Assembly: GCA_002269645.1 (NCBI GenBank)
Contig: NIVC01000221.1
Coordinates: forward strand, 62,001-126,000
Direction of reading: 5' to 3'
DNA from: Macrostomum lignano
Taxonomy: Eukaryota
Length of the DNA stretch: 64,000 nt
Shown: one piece after another, positions 1-11,812 of the stretch
Numbering within the stretch: the stretch's first letter is position 1
Layout of the letters: every line of letters begins with the position of its first letter
Made by a program: the position numbers and the translations under genes
The notes under the pieces: generated by a model
Database searches by the model: none
Told to the model about the DNA's origin: nothing
What the model saw: the letters and a program-made list of their open reading frames with translations, nothing else

Positions 1-939
1 TTTTGGTCACCGACGAGATATCGTGCAGTTCGTCGGAAAAGTGAGGTTGACGACTGTGGCTGCATATTTATTACATGACGGCGATGGTAGACACACTGAG
101 AAGTGATGACAGCGGACAGTAGACAGTGGTGTGCTATGATGTTTCGGCGTTGGTAGCGACGGCGGTGCTGATCGCGAATGATGGCGTGATGAGCGGGCAC
201 AACGTGCGTGCGTATGCACACATTCTGAAATAGGTCGCTCGACGCCTCACCGGACCATTTGTAGAATTTTCTTTAATAGATTATTGAATAAGAGCAAGGC
301 GGTGGTTCATTTAGTAGTTTATCAACGGAAATCAGATCGAAGAGAAAACAAGGGGAGCGTGATTCGTGTCACTGCCGTCGCCGTATATTTATAGATTTGT
401 ATCTGTCTTCCGGAAATTTCTAGAAAGATTGAGCGCATCTTAACAAAGCGATTAAACACTTAATTATATACGTTACGCAAATACGAGTAGAATATTAACA
501 GTTAAGTAATAAATAGTTATTTACTATTTATATGCGTATATTATAGATAAGATGCTAACTTGAAGAAGTTTCTGGAAATATAAATCTTTTTGACTTTAGA
601 AATCTAACGAAATTTCGAGAAAGTTATTAAAGTACGCTACAATGGCTTTTGTCCCCCCCCATTTGAGCCTTGAAATCTTGGCTGTTCCACCATGAGCCAG
701 AGCATTTCAATAATTACTTAATTAACCTTGAATTTTCATGACTTCCCACAGAGATAATTAATGTTAACAATTCCGTTCTGAAATCTTAGCAAAAACCCAC
801 TGATAAGATTAGAAAGACAAAGCCGACAAGAAAAATTTATTTTTTGAGTATTTGTCGATACTGATGGCGAATAAAACTTCGTCGGCTTTGTCTCTCTAAT
901 CTTATTAAAGAAAAGTAGCCTGCCTCAAAAAAACTCACT

Positions 940-1520
940 GAGTATTTGATGAAGAAGTAAAAATACACAAAGCCAATTTTAATGCCTAAGAAAGTTTTTA
1001 AAAAGAATCTGCAGAATAAATCAAACGGTTTTAACACAACCTGTCTGCCACAGGTATCGCTACCAGATCGGAACGAATGAGCCAAGAAAAGTTGCTGGCG
1101 CCAGAAGAAACCTCACCAGTTCAAGCTCTCCGACTCTACGCTCGAATGCGAGAGGAAGTGGAAATAGGAGGAAGTGCTGCTTCCTTCGTTCAGCCACGGC
1201 CACGTAGTGATTAAAATTATTTTTAGCTTGGGCAAACAATGCCCGTTTCTGTCGCAAAGATGCAATGGAGGAAAGCCTGTAGAATCGGCATCAGCTTCCC
1301 AGCTTCCTGGGAATAACTTTTTTTCTCTCGCGCGGCTTGATTGACAGAGAGACGAAGACTGCGAACGAAGACAAAACGATTTCCGTTACATTGTCTTGTA
1401 AGAATCAAGAATATGAAGCCGTAGTTTGTACCTCGCAGCAGTCAGAGTGGTTGAGCTCAAGCCTAACATATTTGCTGAGGCCAGTGTTTAAAGTGAGCCG
1501 AAATTCACAAGATTCAGGAC
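940..1520 (+). repeat. Segmental-duplication block homologous to the downstream flanks of K and L
   Basis: tcgctaccagatcg.a.cgaatgagccaagaaaag...gcgagaggaagtgg...cttcccagcttcctg recurs at about 44400-44680, 54780-55170 and 57550-58120. This implies the cluster continues left of the window. Confidence 0.8.
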
Positions 1521-2577
1521 AAGATTCGCTGGCTAGATCTCGTAATAACAAGATTTATTGCATCCAGCCTCCCAGAAATTTCCGCCTGAACAACACTTTA
1601 GGCAATATAAATAATTAGGCAATATGATCTTCAGCGCGCATGCTTCCTGAATGTTCTCGAATAAAATCAATCGAAAGTTCTTCAAAATGGTCTATAAATA
1701 AAAGGCACAACTTTTGACAACGAAAAACTACTGAACAAAACGAAAGAAAAATGAGTCACTGCCTTGGGGCCTCCGTATGATTGAACTTTCTACGTAGAAA
1801 AACGTGGATAGGATGCTGTGAAGACTTGACAACGCGTAGTTTTGTCAATACTAGCAAATGTGCCGGCTTACAAGCCGAGACGCGTATATTTATCTGATTT
1901 GCAACTATTTGCGACAGTCCTCCGTAACGTACACACGCAACCCAGGGTTACACATCGTACACTGTGTCCTATTAAATGTACACTGACCGAAACTAATGCT
2001 ATAGTAAAATAATTTAACATCGAGCCACCTAAACCAAGATCAACAGTACAAAATACTTTTTTCAAAAATGAGTAAAAACAAAGAAGAACGTTGAGCAGGT
2101 TTTTATATCATGGGGACGGTGGGATGCGTACTCTCTCTTCCACAGCTCTCCGTCTCTCCTTTATGAGCCGGGCTTGGGCCCGGCTTTGGCGGAGTTTTGA
2201 TCGAGGCTTCATCACCACTCGGATTTATTGACTAGCGTAGTCGAATACTACTAATAAAAGTGACTACTCCAGCATCGAACTGTCTAAAGCGAAGCTGCTA
2301 ACACCTTAGGTAACCCAATGGAGCACGTACCGGCAGGAGTCGGATTTGCGTCTTCCTTAACACGTTCGTAGTGACAAAGCTGGCTGTTTTGAGCACTTGA
2401 CCAGTTCAAGCTTTTTGGAATCATGCAACAGTCTCAGTCTAGACATCCAGTTGTACCAAACAACACGGTGGGCAGTTTCATGTTGTAAGCGTCGAAAAAG
2501 ACTAGATAACACTTCAACCCATATGAGCGTCTATAGACCCTCATAGAATACAAGAGAACACTGAATTACTCTGAATA

Positions 2578-3000
2578 TTGTCAGTAAACAAGATTCGCAG
2601 CCTGATGCGAAAATTATCTGGTCAGACAAGGATATCGGCAGTGATTTCGACGGGATGCGAAAATTATCTGGTCATGCTCTCCTATTTGCCAGAAAAAAGC
2701 CAACATTTCTCGCATCCGCAAGCCTTCAAATATTGCGCTGAACACAGCGTAGATAGCTAATTTTGAAATGGGATTCATTTCATCATGCCGGCAGCTTAAA
2801 TGCTATGCTAACTACTAGAAGTAGAAAGTAGCGAATCTATGAGTCATTTGAGCCAGCTAATTAAATTTTTAAAGTTGATGAAAAGGGACTCGACTTCCGG
2901 ATTTCTGGTCTGGTAAAAAAAATCATTAAAATATTCTTCAAATCAAAATATAAATATGATGGGAGTGTGTGAATTTTTGTTTTCATGTTTGTTGTCAAGG
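2578..3000 (+). repeat. Segmental-duplication block upstream of C/I/J-type genes
   Basis: gatgcgaaaattatctggtcatgctct...gaatctatgagtcatttgagc recurs at about 45430-45810 and partly at about 49700-49850. Confidence 0.8.
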
Positions 3001-3456
3001 CGAGAAATAAAAAATTCCACACAGTATGTTAGTGCTTTATGAGAAATATTTGAGAGCACATTGCCCCTTTCAAAGCAATCTGCTTAGCTAAACTATCTGC
3101 TTAGCTAAACTGGTAACTACTCTGCTCTGGAGAGTTGATGATAAACTCAAATAAAAATTTGCAGGTCCTACAAGGACGATTACGGGATTGAACTTTAAGT
3201 TAGTTTGTTAAATTTATTTCTTACGGCTATTTTCACAACTTTTACTGATCATCAACTTGCTGTTAGGCTGATGGAATGACAGAAAATTGAAGGGAATGGC
3301 TTCGCTTCCCCCAACAAGACGTGCAATTGGACGGAAGAAATCATGCAGTCTATTTAGAATTTCCACCGCTAGTGCGAGCTATTTAACAGGGCAAAATTAG
3401 CGTCAGGCTTTTCCTCTCCTGAGAGTAACGGCAAAGCCATCGACTGACTGCAGATA

Positions 3457-3540
3457 ATGAGAAATGGCATACAGGGTCGTCCGCTTCTCCTACGTTGGCT
3501 GCTACGTGGACTTCACTGGCGGAGTCAAAGACTTGGCTGT
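3457..3540 (+). pseudogene. Truncated WSC-gene fragment (A) of the C/I/J subfamily
   Basis: agggtcgtccgcttctcctacgttggctgctacgtggacttcactggcggagtcaaagacttg matches the C/I exon-1 start. Signal peptide internally deleted and the rest of the gene is missing. Upstream flank is homologous to that of J (about 49900-50270). Confidence 0.75.
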
Positions 3541-4223
3541 GAAAACGCAGCTCTTTGCGAGCTGCATGAGACCTGCGGACCGGAGTCAGCCGACCCAGGA
3601 CTCATACACCTCCTTTTACACCTCCTTTTCCGCTTTCTTTTTCGCTGCCTAAAATAAAGAATTTGAATGCAAACTGCCGACGCCTATTGCGAGCAAAAAG
3701 TACAAAGTGAATAGTAGCTGCTCAGGATCTACTAAGTGTTTACGAATATTTTAATGTCTCTAGTTTAGTACATTTCAGCCTGAATTTTCAGTTCAACCTG
3801 AACAATCTAAGGGGTTCGGTAAGCCCTAATCAATCGAGCGACATCTCGGGACAGTTGACTGACGGGAGCGAACACGCATCCCTAATAATTGAGGAGCGGC
3901 TTATCATCTTCACAGCAGCAATTTTTATCAATCCTAAAACACTACTAAGTTTGATCAAGTTTGCAGAATCGCATTCCAGCTTAAAATTCTTCGCCTTCTT
4001 TTCTTCTTGGTAGTTATCAGTTTTTCATTCGATATTGCCTATCAAGCTTATTAATTAATTTAAAGCCCAAATTGCCCCAATTATCATACTCGTTGTTTGA
4101 TTGACATCAGGCCACATTCATTTTGGGGCTTGTGTACGAAAATTGGCGATTCATACCAACCCACACGCACAGAGAGTGAATAGGCCTGACGATTGCAAAA
4201 TCAGGGCCACCGTAAACCCGTAA

Positions 4224-4289
4224 AGAGCCCACCCCGGGCTGATCCGCGGGTAGCTAAGCTTCCCACCCCCGTTTAACAACAACAAACCC
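4224..4289 (+). mobile_element. 5'-truncated retroposon tail (copy 0 of the SL-like-headed family)
   Basis: agagccc...gggctgatccgcgg...cccaccccgtttaacaacaacaaaccc, flanked by the repeat aaacccgtaaaga (4214-4226 and 4284-4296). Confidence 0.65.
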
Positions 4290-5623
4290 GTAAAGACGGT
4301 CTCTGACTGTTTTTACCCTGGTTGCCTCTCTGGTAGCTTGTCTAAGGGTTGTGCGCAATCCGATTGGCCTAGCTTCGGCTAGCCCAATAACTAAGGGTCC
4401 GCCCCGGAGGGGCTGTGCCCAGTCTAAAAATAACCCTATTCTTTTTTCTTACCAATAGAATTTCGGTCTTCGGCCTTGGTTTAGGGGGGGGGGGTGGTGC
4501 CCGGAGTGAGTTGGATCTCTGGACTGCAGTGTGGCTAGGACGGGACTGAGCCCCCCGGTCGTACCCGCCCTGCAGGAAAGAAAATGACCAACTCACAAAG
4601 GTGAACGGTAGACCCAGTAGACTGCCAGCCCTGAGGCTGAGCACCCGGGTTGCAGGTCGGCAAGCTGCCTGCATTAGGGCTATGGTGCTCCTCCTTCTGC
4701 CAATATTTTTTTCTGGGCTGGCATCCCAGCGCTGTTTTATCCCTAGCTTTGTGCCTTTGTGGCTTTTTATTCTTTTATCTTTTTACCTGGCCATTTAGAT
4801 GCCTCCAATCTTCGGAGTTATGAGCTCTGCCCTCGCCCGGTCCATCTTGCCCTGTCCTCAGGTCCATCTTCTGGCTCCTGCTGAAGGTCCCTGCTTGCGT
4901 GTCTCTGGCTCTCATCCTGACAGTGGATTGGTGTCCTGGGAAGGATGTTCGTCCCGTACCGGGGACTACCGGCTGAGTCCGGAGTCCTCTTGCCCCGGGT
5001 GCCTCTCTCTCCCGACCCCTTGGCCTGGCCCCCAAAACTGAGCTGGATAGGCGATGCCCTTGGGTTGGTAGCAATAGAGGTGTTCTGCTGTCCGCCTAGA
5101 GTCTCCCCCTCGGATACAAGCCTTCCAGACTCACTCCAAAATAGAGCTGGGTAGTGAAAAGCCTTGAGGCTCGAGACCTACAGTTGACCTGTGCTGTATA
5201 GGATCGCTCTTGGTAATTAGCTGCCCAGACTCGCTCCAATAGTTTAAGCCATTTCCGCAGGTTTAGGAATAACTCCTCACTCGGACCGCTTTCTTAGTAG
5301 TATTCCAAGCATTTCGCTTTCCAATTTTTCTGCGCACTCCTAAAGACTCGCTGGCTGGGGGGGGTGGCCTGGGAGGACTCGGTCCTAGCACCGTCCCTGA
5401 TTCCACTTTTGGGGTGGCGGTGTCTTGTACCGTAGGCTTGGGTCAACTTCGCCCACCCGCGCTTTGAGCCGGGTCCAATTCCCTTGTCTCTCGGGGTATC
5501 TCGGGCCCTGAACAGCTAATGTCTTGGCCCCTGGTAGTGCCCCTCGCGGCAGAGCCCTAGCTTGGGCTGATCCGCGGTAGGCCCCTAGGCTTTCCAACCC
5601 CGTTTAACAACAACAACAAACCC
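4288..5623 (+). mobile_element. Non-autonomous retroposon, copy 1 (SL-like head, (AAC)n tail)
   Basis: Begins ccgtaaagacggtctctgactg and ends ccccgtttaacaacaacaacaaaccc. Shares about 190 nt of 5' sequence and about 420 nt of 3' sequence with copy 2. No credible ORF. Confidence 0.65.
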
Positions 5624-5637
5624 AGTGTTTTACCCAG

Positions 5638-6338
5638 CCGTAAAGACGGTCTCTGACTGTTTTTACCCTGGCTGCCTCTCTGGCGGCATTTCTCGGGTTG
5701 TGTGCAATCCAATTGGCCTAGGCTCTCGCTAGCCCAATCCAAAAGTGTCCTCACCGGATGTGATGTACACATCTAAAAATAGCCCAACCTTTCTTTAGTT
5801 CCAATTTGTTGGCCATCGGCCTTGGGTTAGGGGGTGTACCTGGAGTAATTGTGACTGGGTAGTCTTGAGGTCTTGAGCCTTGAGGCTTGCAGCCCTATAG
5901 GGGGTTTTTGCACGGATCCTACTTCTGATAGGAGACTCGCCTTTGGTAAATAAGCTGCCCAGACTCGCTCCAATCTTAAAGCCATTTCTGTAGACTCAGG
6001 TTTCCCGCTCTCGGACCGCTTTCCAGAAATTTTTCAAATTTTTTTAATTCCAATCTTTTTCGCGCTCACTCGAGACTTGTCCTTGGAGGTGGCTTGGGTG
6101 GATCAGTCTTTGCACCGTCCCTGATTCCACTGTTGGGTTGGCGGTGTTCCCATAGGCTTGGGCTAGTAACATCCAATAAGGTTTCTTAGCTAGGCCTAGT
6201 CCTAGCCCCAATCTGGGCCTCTCAGGCTTTATGCCCCTGGTAGTATGGCCCCTACAATATCCAGCGGCAGAGCCCTTCCCTGGTGGGCTGATCCGCGGAA
6301 AGCACACGCTTCCCACCCCGTTTAACAACAACAAACCC
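5638..6338 (+). mobile_element. Non-autonomous retroposon, copy 2 (SL-like head, (AAC)n tail)
   Basis: Same head (gccgtaaagacggtctctgactgtttttaccctgg) and tail as copy 1, shorter interior, many substitutions relative to copy 1. Confidence 0.65.
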
Positions 6339-8016
6339 TGTGTGAGCGTGCGTATCAGAGCGTGCCTGTGTACAGTATTGGCGTGCTTGGATGCGCTCAG
6401 GAGTCTGGGGAACGGGCAGAGTTGCCGTAGAAACTTGTTGTGGGACGCTGTTGCCGACAGCGTTGCACCAGGGTAGCCACAAGCACACAGCGAATAACCA
6501 AATATTTGTTAGCGTCGATGTCAAACAGACCGACCGTAACGCATAATCAATTGAGTCTTAACTATTGATTGTCGTACTGGAATCAGGTTGAAATCTCATG
6601 CGTGCATGTACAATTAAGAGCAAAATGTTTTTACTGACAGAGATTCAAAGGGCATGAATCAGATTTTCAAATTAAGTAATTTGAACACAAGTAATTTTGC
6701 AAATTAGCTATGAAAAGTTTTTGCCTACAAAAGTTTTACTTTTAAAAGTTAATTTAGTCTGGGTTCATTCAACAGAGACAATTATTCTGTGAATAGTGAA
6801 AGAAGCTTCTTCCTTAAACGGTATTTTAACTTGAATTATTGTCGTACAAATGCTGTATTGACAGCTGCCTCTCCTAATGCTGGATGAGTCTTCCACAGAT
6901 CCATTACTTCATTAACAGCCAAAATGCTGGGTAGCCTCTACGCACCTCGTGCATTCTTTCTGTCAAAAATTTAAAACCTTTTTTATCCAGATTGATGGAG
7001 TCTGCCAGTCTTGCTACAAAGATCCCGACTTCCCAAACATTTTAAGCGCTTTTATCTCTCGTTTCGGTAAGCAAAGTCGCTGTGTAATCAGACTTGGCCT
7101 CCGCTCAGGCAGATTCAGTGCAGGATGAAGTCTGCCACAACTTCTGTGGCCAGTGCTTGCTTCTTTGCAGAAGCGGATAAGTCGTGTTTCACCTGGCCCA
7201 GAGACTCGAAGCAGCAAATGCGGCAAATCGAAGCTAATCGTAACTAATGGAAGTTTCAGTGGCTCTGCAAAACTTTACTGCCGTGTATCTGCCGTATCCG
7301 GTACTACATGCAACTATAGATCCAGAAAATTGTTATAAGCTTTAGCATATACACTGAGCTGCTTGAGTTCTTTTGAATTACAATAAGCTAACTCAGTCTT
7401 CAGCTGTGATAGCAAATGCCGATTTTAACCGTAGGCTCCAAAATGAAAAAGAAAACTTTAGTTTCAAAAAGTTGCGCCCTAGGTAAAAGCTTATGTCGCC
7501 TACTTAACCGGAAAGGTATAGTCATTGAAGTCCGTTGCATGTGCGCTTAATTCCAATGTCATGCCAGAGAAGCGTTAAGTCGACACAAGCTATTTCAAAT
7601 TAAAAAGCTTAAGTTTTTAGTGAAAATATTTAAGATAAAAGCTCAAATATCACTTTCCAGAAAAATAATAACACAACTATAACCCTAACTCATTGAAAAT
7701 CTTATCCGGAATTGTCGACTGTGAGCTGTAGTAATTTTCCATCTTAGGTCCAAATTAGCAATCTCAGCTTTACACAGAAAGCAACAATATGCCACGAGGA
7801 TCTGAGCACAACGGACGCATAACTGTTACAGCATTGAGCCAAACTGCTGTGTGCGATTAATTTGCATCGGATTCGTCCAGGATAAAACTAGCGAAATCAC
7901 GCGACCTATGTGATTGGTTGCTGGCCTATTATCCACTGCCAATTGGTTTCCTACTAAGCTATAAACCCGACTAATTCCATTAACAGTAAAATATCCAAAG
8001 TATACTCGTAAAGCAC

Positions 8017-8796
8017 ATGGAGCAGCTATCTCGAATTTCGATTTTACTCGGCGCTCTGCTTACCTGTGCGACCTGCAGGTTTGTCAATTACTCCTACGTG
8101 GGTTGCTACGTGGACTACACGGGCAAGGCCAGAGACTTAGACGGACTGACTGGAGTCACCCAGCTGGGTCCGTTTGAGGTTCGGTCAAACGACCCTTTCA
8201 TAAGAGCAAGCATGACTCTCGAGCTGTGCAGCAGCGCCTGCTCTCTCGGCGGATTCTCGTACTTCGGGGTGCAGGTTGGTCGTGAGTGCTTTTGCGGCAA
8301 CTCAATCGGATCGCAGGGCAAAGGCAATGAGAGCGACTGCAATAAAAAGTGCAGTGGAAACTCGCAGCAAATATGCGGAGGTCCAGCTCGCAACTCGGTG
8401 TTCGCTCTGACCTACCCGAGTAAGTGAAGGGCGATTGATTAATCCATGGTCTGAAATAATTTTCAATCAACTATTTTGCGGTATTTTAAAATTTTTTCAA
8501 GACCTAATGAAAGAGACAGCAGAAAAACCGTGGTTGTTTCGCAAATTTCTATTTTAGACCGTTACTACTTGATTCAGAAGGACAACAGCCTCTTCGTCAA
8601 GACCGACAGCTCCAAAACCTCGTCCTGGCCGGCCGTTGACCAGTCTGTCGCGGACTGCCTGCTCCGATGCAGCGCCAGAGCCGCCTGCCAGGCCGCCGTT
8701 TTTTCGAAGCGGCTGCTCGCCTGCCACCTGCTGGCGTTCGCCTACCCGCCAGCCAGCCTGACCGGACCCGACTGGACTCTCTACCAGCGTGGCTGA
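8017..8796 (+). CDS. Secreted WSC-domain + PAN/Apple-like protein, paralog B (2 exons, 213 aa)
   Basis: Exon 1 8017-8419 (hydrophobic signal peptide; WSC motifs YVGCYVD, MTLELCSSAC, YFGVQVGRECFCGN, C..C..CGG = 8 Cys). GT donor at 8420, tttag acceptor, exon 2 8558-8796 (DCLLRCSARAACQAAVFSKRLLACHL). Phase-1 join keeps the frame (642 nt). Confidence 0.88.
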
Positions 8797-11439
8797 GCGC
8801 GAAACTGACTTGAGTCTTGCGACAAGAGGGTGTCGGCATGGAGAAGACGAACAATGAACAATAAAAATTAGATATTTTTAACTTCGGAAAAACTAAAATG
8901 GATATACATACAGTTACTACCTCTGTAAGATTGCTTAAGACCCGTGACAGTTAGAATGATCCAGTCTTGGCTAAAATACGAGTAGTTCATAAATTACTTA
9001 AGCCTGAGCAGACAGTCGAATATTCTTCATTAGTTAATGCTGCTATCCAATGTTTGACAACCGATCTCAATATAAACAAAAGAAGCTAAGCAGAGCCCAA
9101 TAAATTTCGCAAAACACGATCATTTTCTCTGCATCTGGGACGCAGGATAGGGGCTTGAGGAGGTTTTTTGTCATCATTCGAGTATATTAAACCTAAAGAC
9201 ATAATAATTTGTCCTATATATTAAACCTTGATATTTCAACGCTTACCAACAGCAGAAAACGCCCTTGTTTACAAGTTCTTAGTTAATGCGATCAGGGTGA
9301 GTCAGATGGCGCGCCGCAGCGCGGAGAAGTCCACTCGCCTACGATGTTGGCCGCCCGTCGTCGCACAGCACGCAGTTCACTTATCGACTGGTTTGAGGTT
9401 GGCTCTGTCTAAATGAAGTCTGCAAGGTGAACAGCAGGACGTCCTGTACAGGCTGATGGCAGTAGCTCTGGGTTCACTTATCAACTGTGACATTTTCTCA
9501 GCCAGCTGGAGTGAGTCATCGACGGCGCAAAAAGTCTCTTGGATAGACCGGTGATCCAGTCGCGCGTTGGTGATTTGGTCAACTCAACTCAACTTCGGAA
9601 CAAACCCAAGCCTTGAACACCGGAAGCACATCCGTTTCTCTTACACGATAAACTTTTGACGCATGAAGATTCAGCGACTTAATCTTGGGGCTTCGAGTAC
9701 TGGATTGTTTGAGTTTCCAGGCCTGACGCACTACTGGTGCATCCAGGGGGCTAGGGCTAGGGGGCTGCGCCCCCTCAGTCCCAATTCGCTGTGAAAGTAT
9801 TGGCACACCCTTGCAACCCTGGTGCTGGCTGGAAAATGCAATGGTGCAGTTCCTCCGTATTTTAGAAAAAAAAGCCGTATTTTAAATTTAGCCAGTCTTA
9901 AAATCATGGTAAGGCCGGCCATAATGGGTTTTGTAGCAGCGCGAGTCGCTGCACCAGTTTTCCAATCTAACGTGTTTTATTAGTAGCTCGTAAGACACGC
10001 ATGAGGAATCCGACTACATAGCCAGCCGGCACAATGTCAGCCTAATGGACTGTATATTCTGGCTTTGGCAAAATTCTTAAATTCCAAAATACTCGTAAAT
10101 CCTAGCTTTTTTCGCATCCCTACTTTGCAAACAAATCAAAGAAACTCCTAGACTTCGTGTCGCTTGTTTGTCCATCAATTTATACGTACGAGCTTAGCTA
10201 GCTCAAGAAAAAAATTTCTGCGGAAGCCAGAAATCACGCTACATGTATTTTATTTTGTTTTATTTTACTCATGTCGTATTGCGTCAATAAGCTGAATTTG
10301 TCACTGCAATGGTGGATTGTATGGTTGGGTAGCGGAGATACCGGTAGACAATTGAATAAATAGATAGTCTATATCGAAACTACCCAGCATAAAACTTCAG
10401 TGTACGGCCGACAGCCGGTGCAGTCACCCTACAGGCGAGGACAGACATTCACGTGGCGTTTTGTTCATTTCCTGTTGGCTGACGGCGATGCATTTCACAA
10501 TTTATCGTAAAGCAAACAAAGAGAACAGAGGAGTAAAGTTGTTGCAGTATCCTATGTTTGGTTAACCATATCAGGAAGTTAGAATCCATTTATTTCTACG
10601 CTCGTAGAAGGAAGCAAATGGATTTTAATAGCCCAGAATTTTAAGCCCGTTAAACAAACAATTGGCTTGGAATGGCACCAAATTTTTTTCCTGGAATCTA
10701 ATAGATTAGGAAATAAATTTACAAGGTGTTTTCCATTTAGAAAGTATTTTGAGCACAGAAAACCTAGAAAATTTTACTCGTATTTAAATTAACACACATT
10801 ATGTTTATGAATCTATTTCATTAAGGAAGGGGAAAGTCATTTAAATTATTCATAAAATTCCAAAATCAAACACATGAGACCTACGATATTACGAATATTT
10901 TATCGACTGAAAATTCTATCGGCATACGGCAAATTTTAGAATCTTAGATATCTTAGTTTGAGCTCGTTTGAGCAATGATGAGTCCCTCAGCTTAGCTTTG
11001 TTAGATCAAGAAACTATCACAAACTGATTCCTGGAAGCCTAACTAAGTGAAATAGCAGAACGGATCGAAGGTTCCGATCTTTCGTTTCAGAGTTGACATT
11101 AATTGACTTGTAGCTGTCAAAAGTTTCTAGAATTCTGAGGCGCTAAGTTAGTATAGATGTTCCTTCGTTGTGATGCTATATTTTTTATTTGGTTATAGAG
11201 CCGGATGTAGTATTTATAGTTGGTTATAGACTTTACTAATAGTCAGTAGTAAAGAACGAGAGCACTTCCAATTTCAGTTTCGACTATTGTCTATTCACTG
11301 ACTGAATAGGTCGCTAACTGTGGCTTTAATGTTATAGGTTCTCCTCCTTAAGAGTAAACAGTATTGCAATAATTTTGGAATATTAGTAAATAGTAATAAC
11401 TACCTCTTCTGAGCTGCTTCTGAGGGATGAGAGAGCCTT

Positions 11440-11812
11440 CATTTTGACTCTGACTGGGGAGTAGACTTTTTGAGAAGAGCGGCCCAAAGGCGTGGCTTCT
11501 AACATCTCCACCTCTCTGTGGCCACTCGGTGTATTTTGTTGCTATTGTTGTAAAAATTGCTTGTACCTTCGCTGATAGTCAGATGTGCAACCGACAGCTC
11601 AGCCGCAGCTATTGCTCGGCGCAGCTGAAGGCTGCTTACGGCTGCACCTCATACCCCAGCTAATGCTGGCACCCGTTTTACAGTTGGGTGAACTGCAGAA
11701 ATGCAGAATTAAGTGTCTTCTTGCTCAAGGACACAAATTGTCCCGAGTGAGTCGAGAGTCGACTCACTTTTCAGTCGTGAGTCCGACGCTCTAACCACTA
11801 GGCTACAGCCTG
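11440..11812 (-). mobile_element. tRNA-derived SINE
   Basis: Minus strand begins ccaggctgtagcctagtggttagagcgtcggactc (A-box, tRNA-like), followed by gtgtccttgagcaagaagacacttaa...cacccaactgtaaacgggtgcc, resembling conserved SINE central domains. 3' boundary approximate. Confidence 0.65.

Noticed and set aside
1-250. GC-balanced segment at the window start with a possible minus-strand acceptor (tatttcag)
   Set aside because: Only short ORFs without motifs; context is cut off by the window edge.
7014-7338. Possible degenerate coding fragment upstream of paralog B
   Set aside because: Stops in all frames over longer spans and no recognisable domain.
9300-9600. GC-richer island that might be a stray exon
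   Set aside because: No consistent frame, splice-site pair or motif could be supported.
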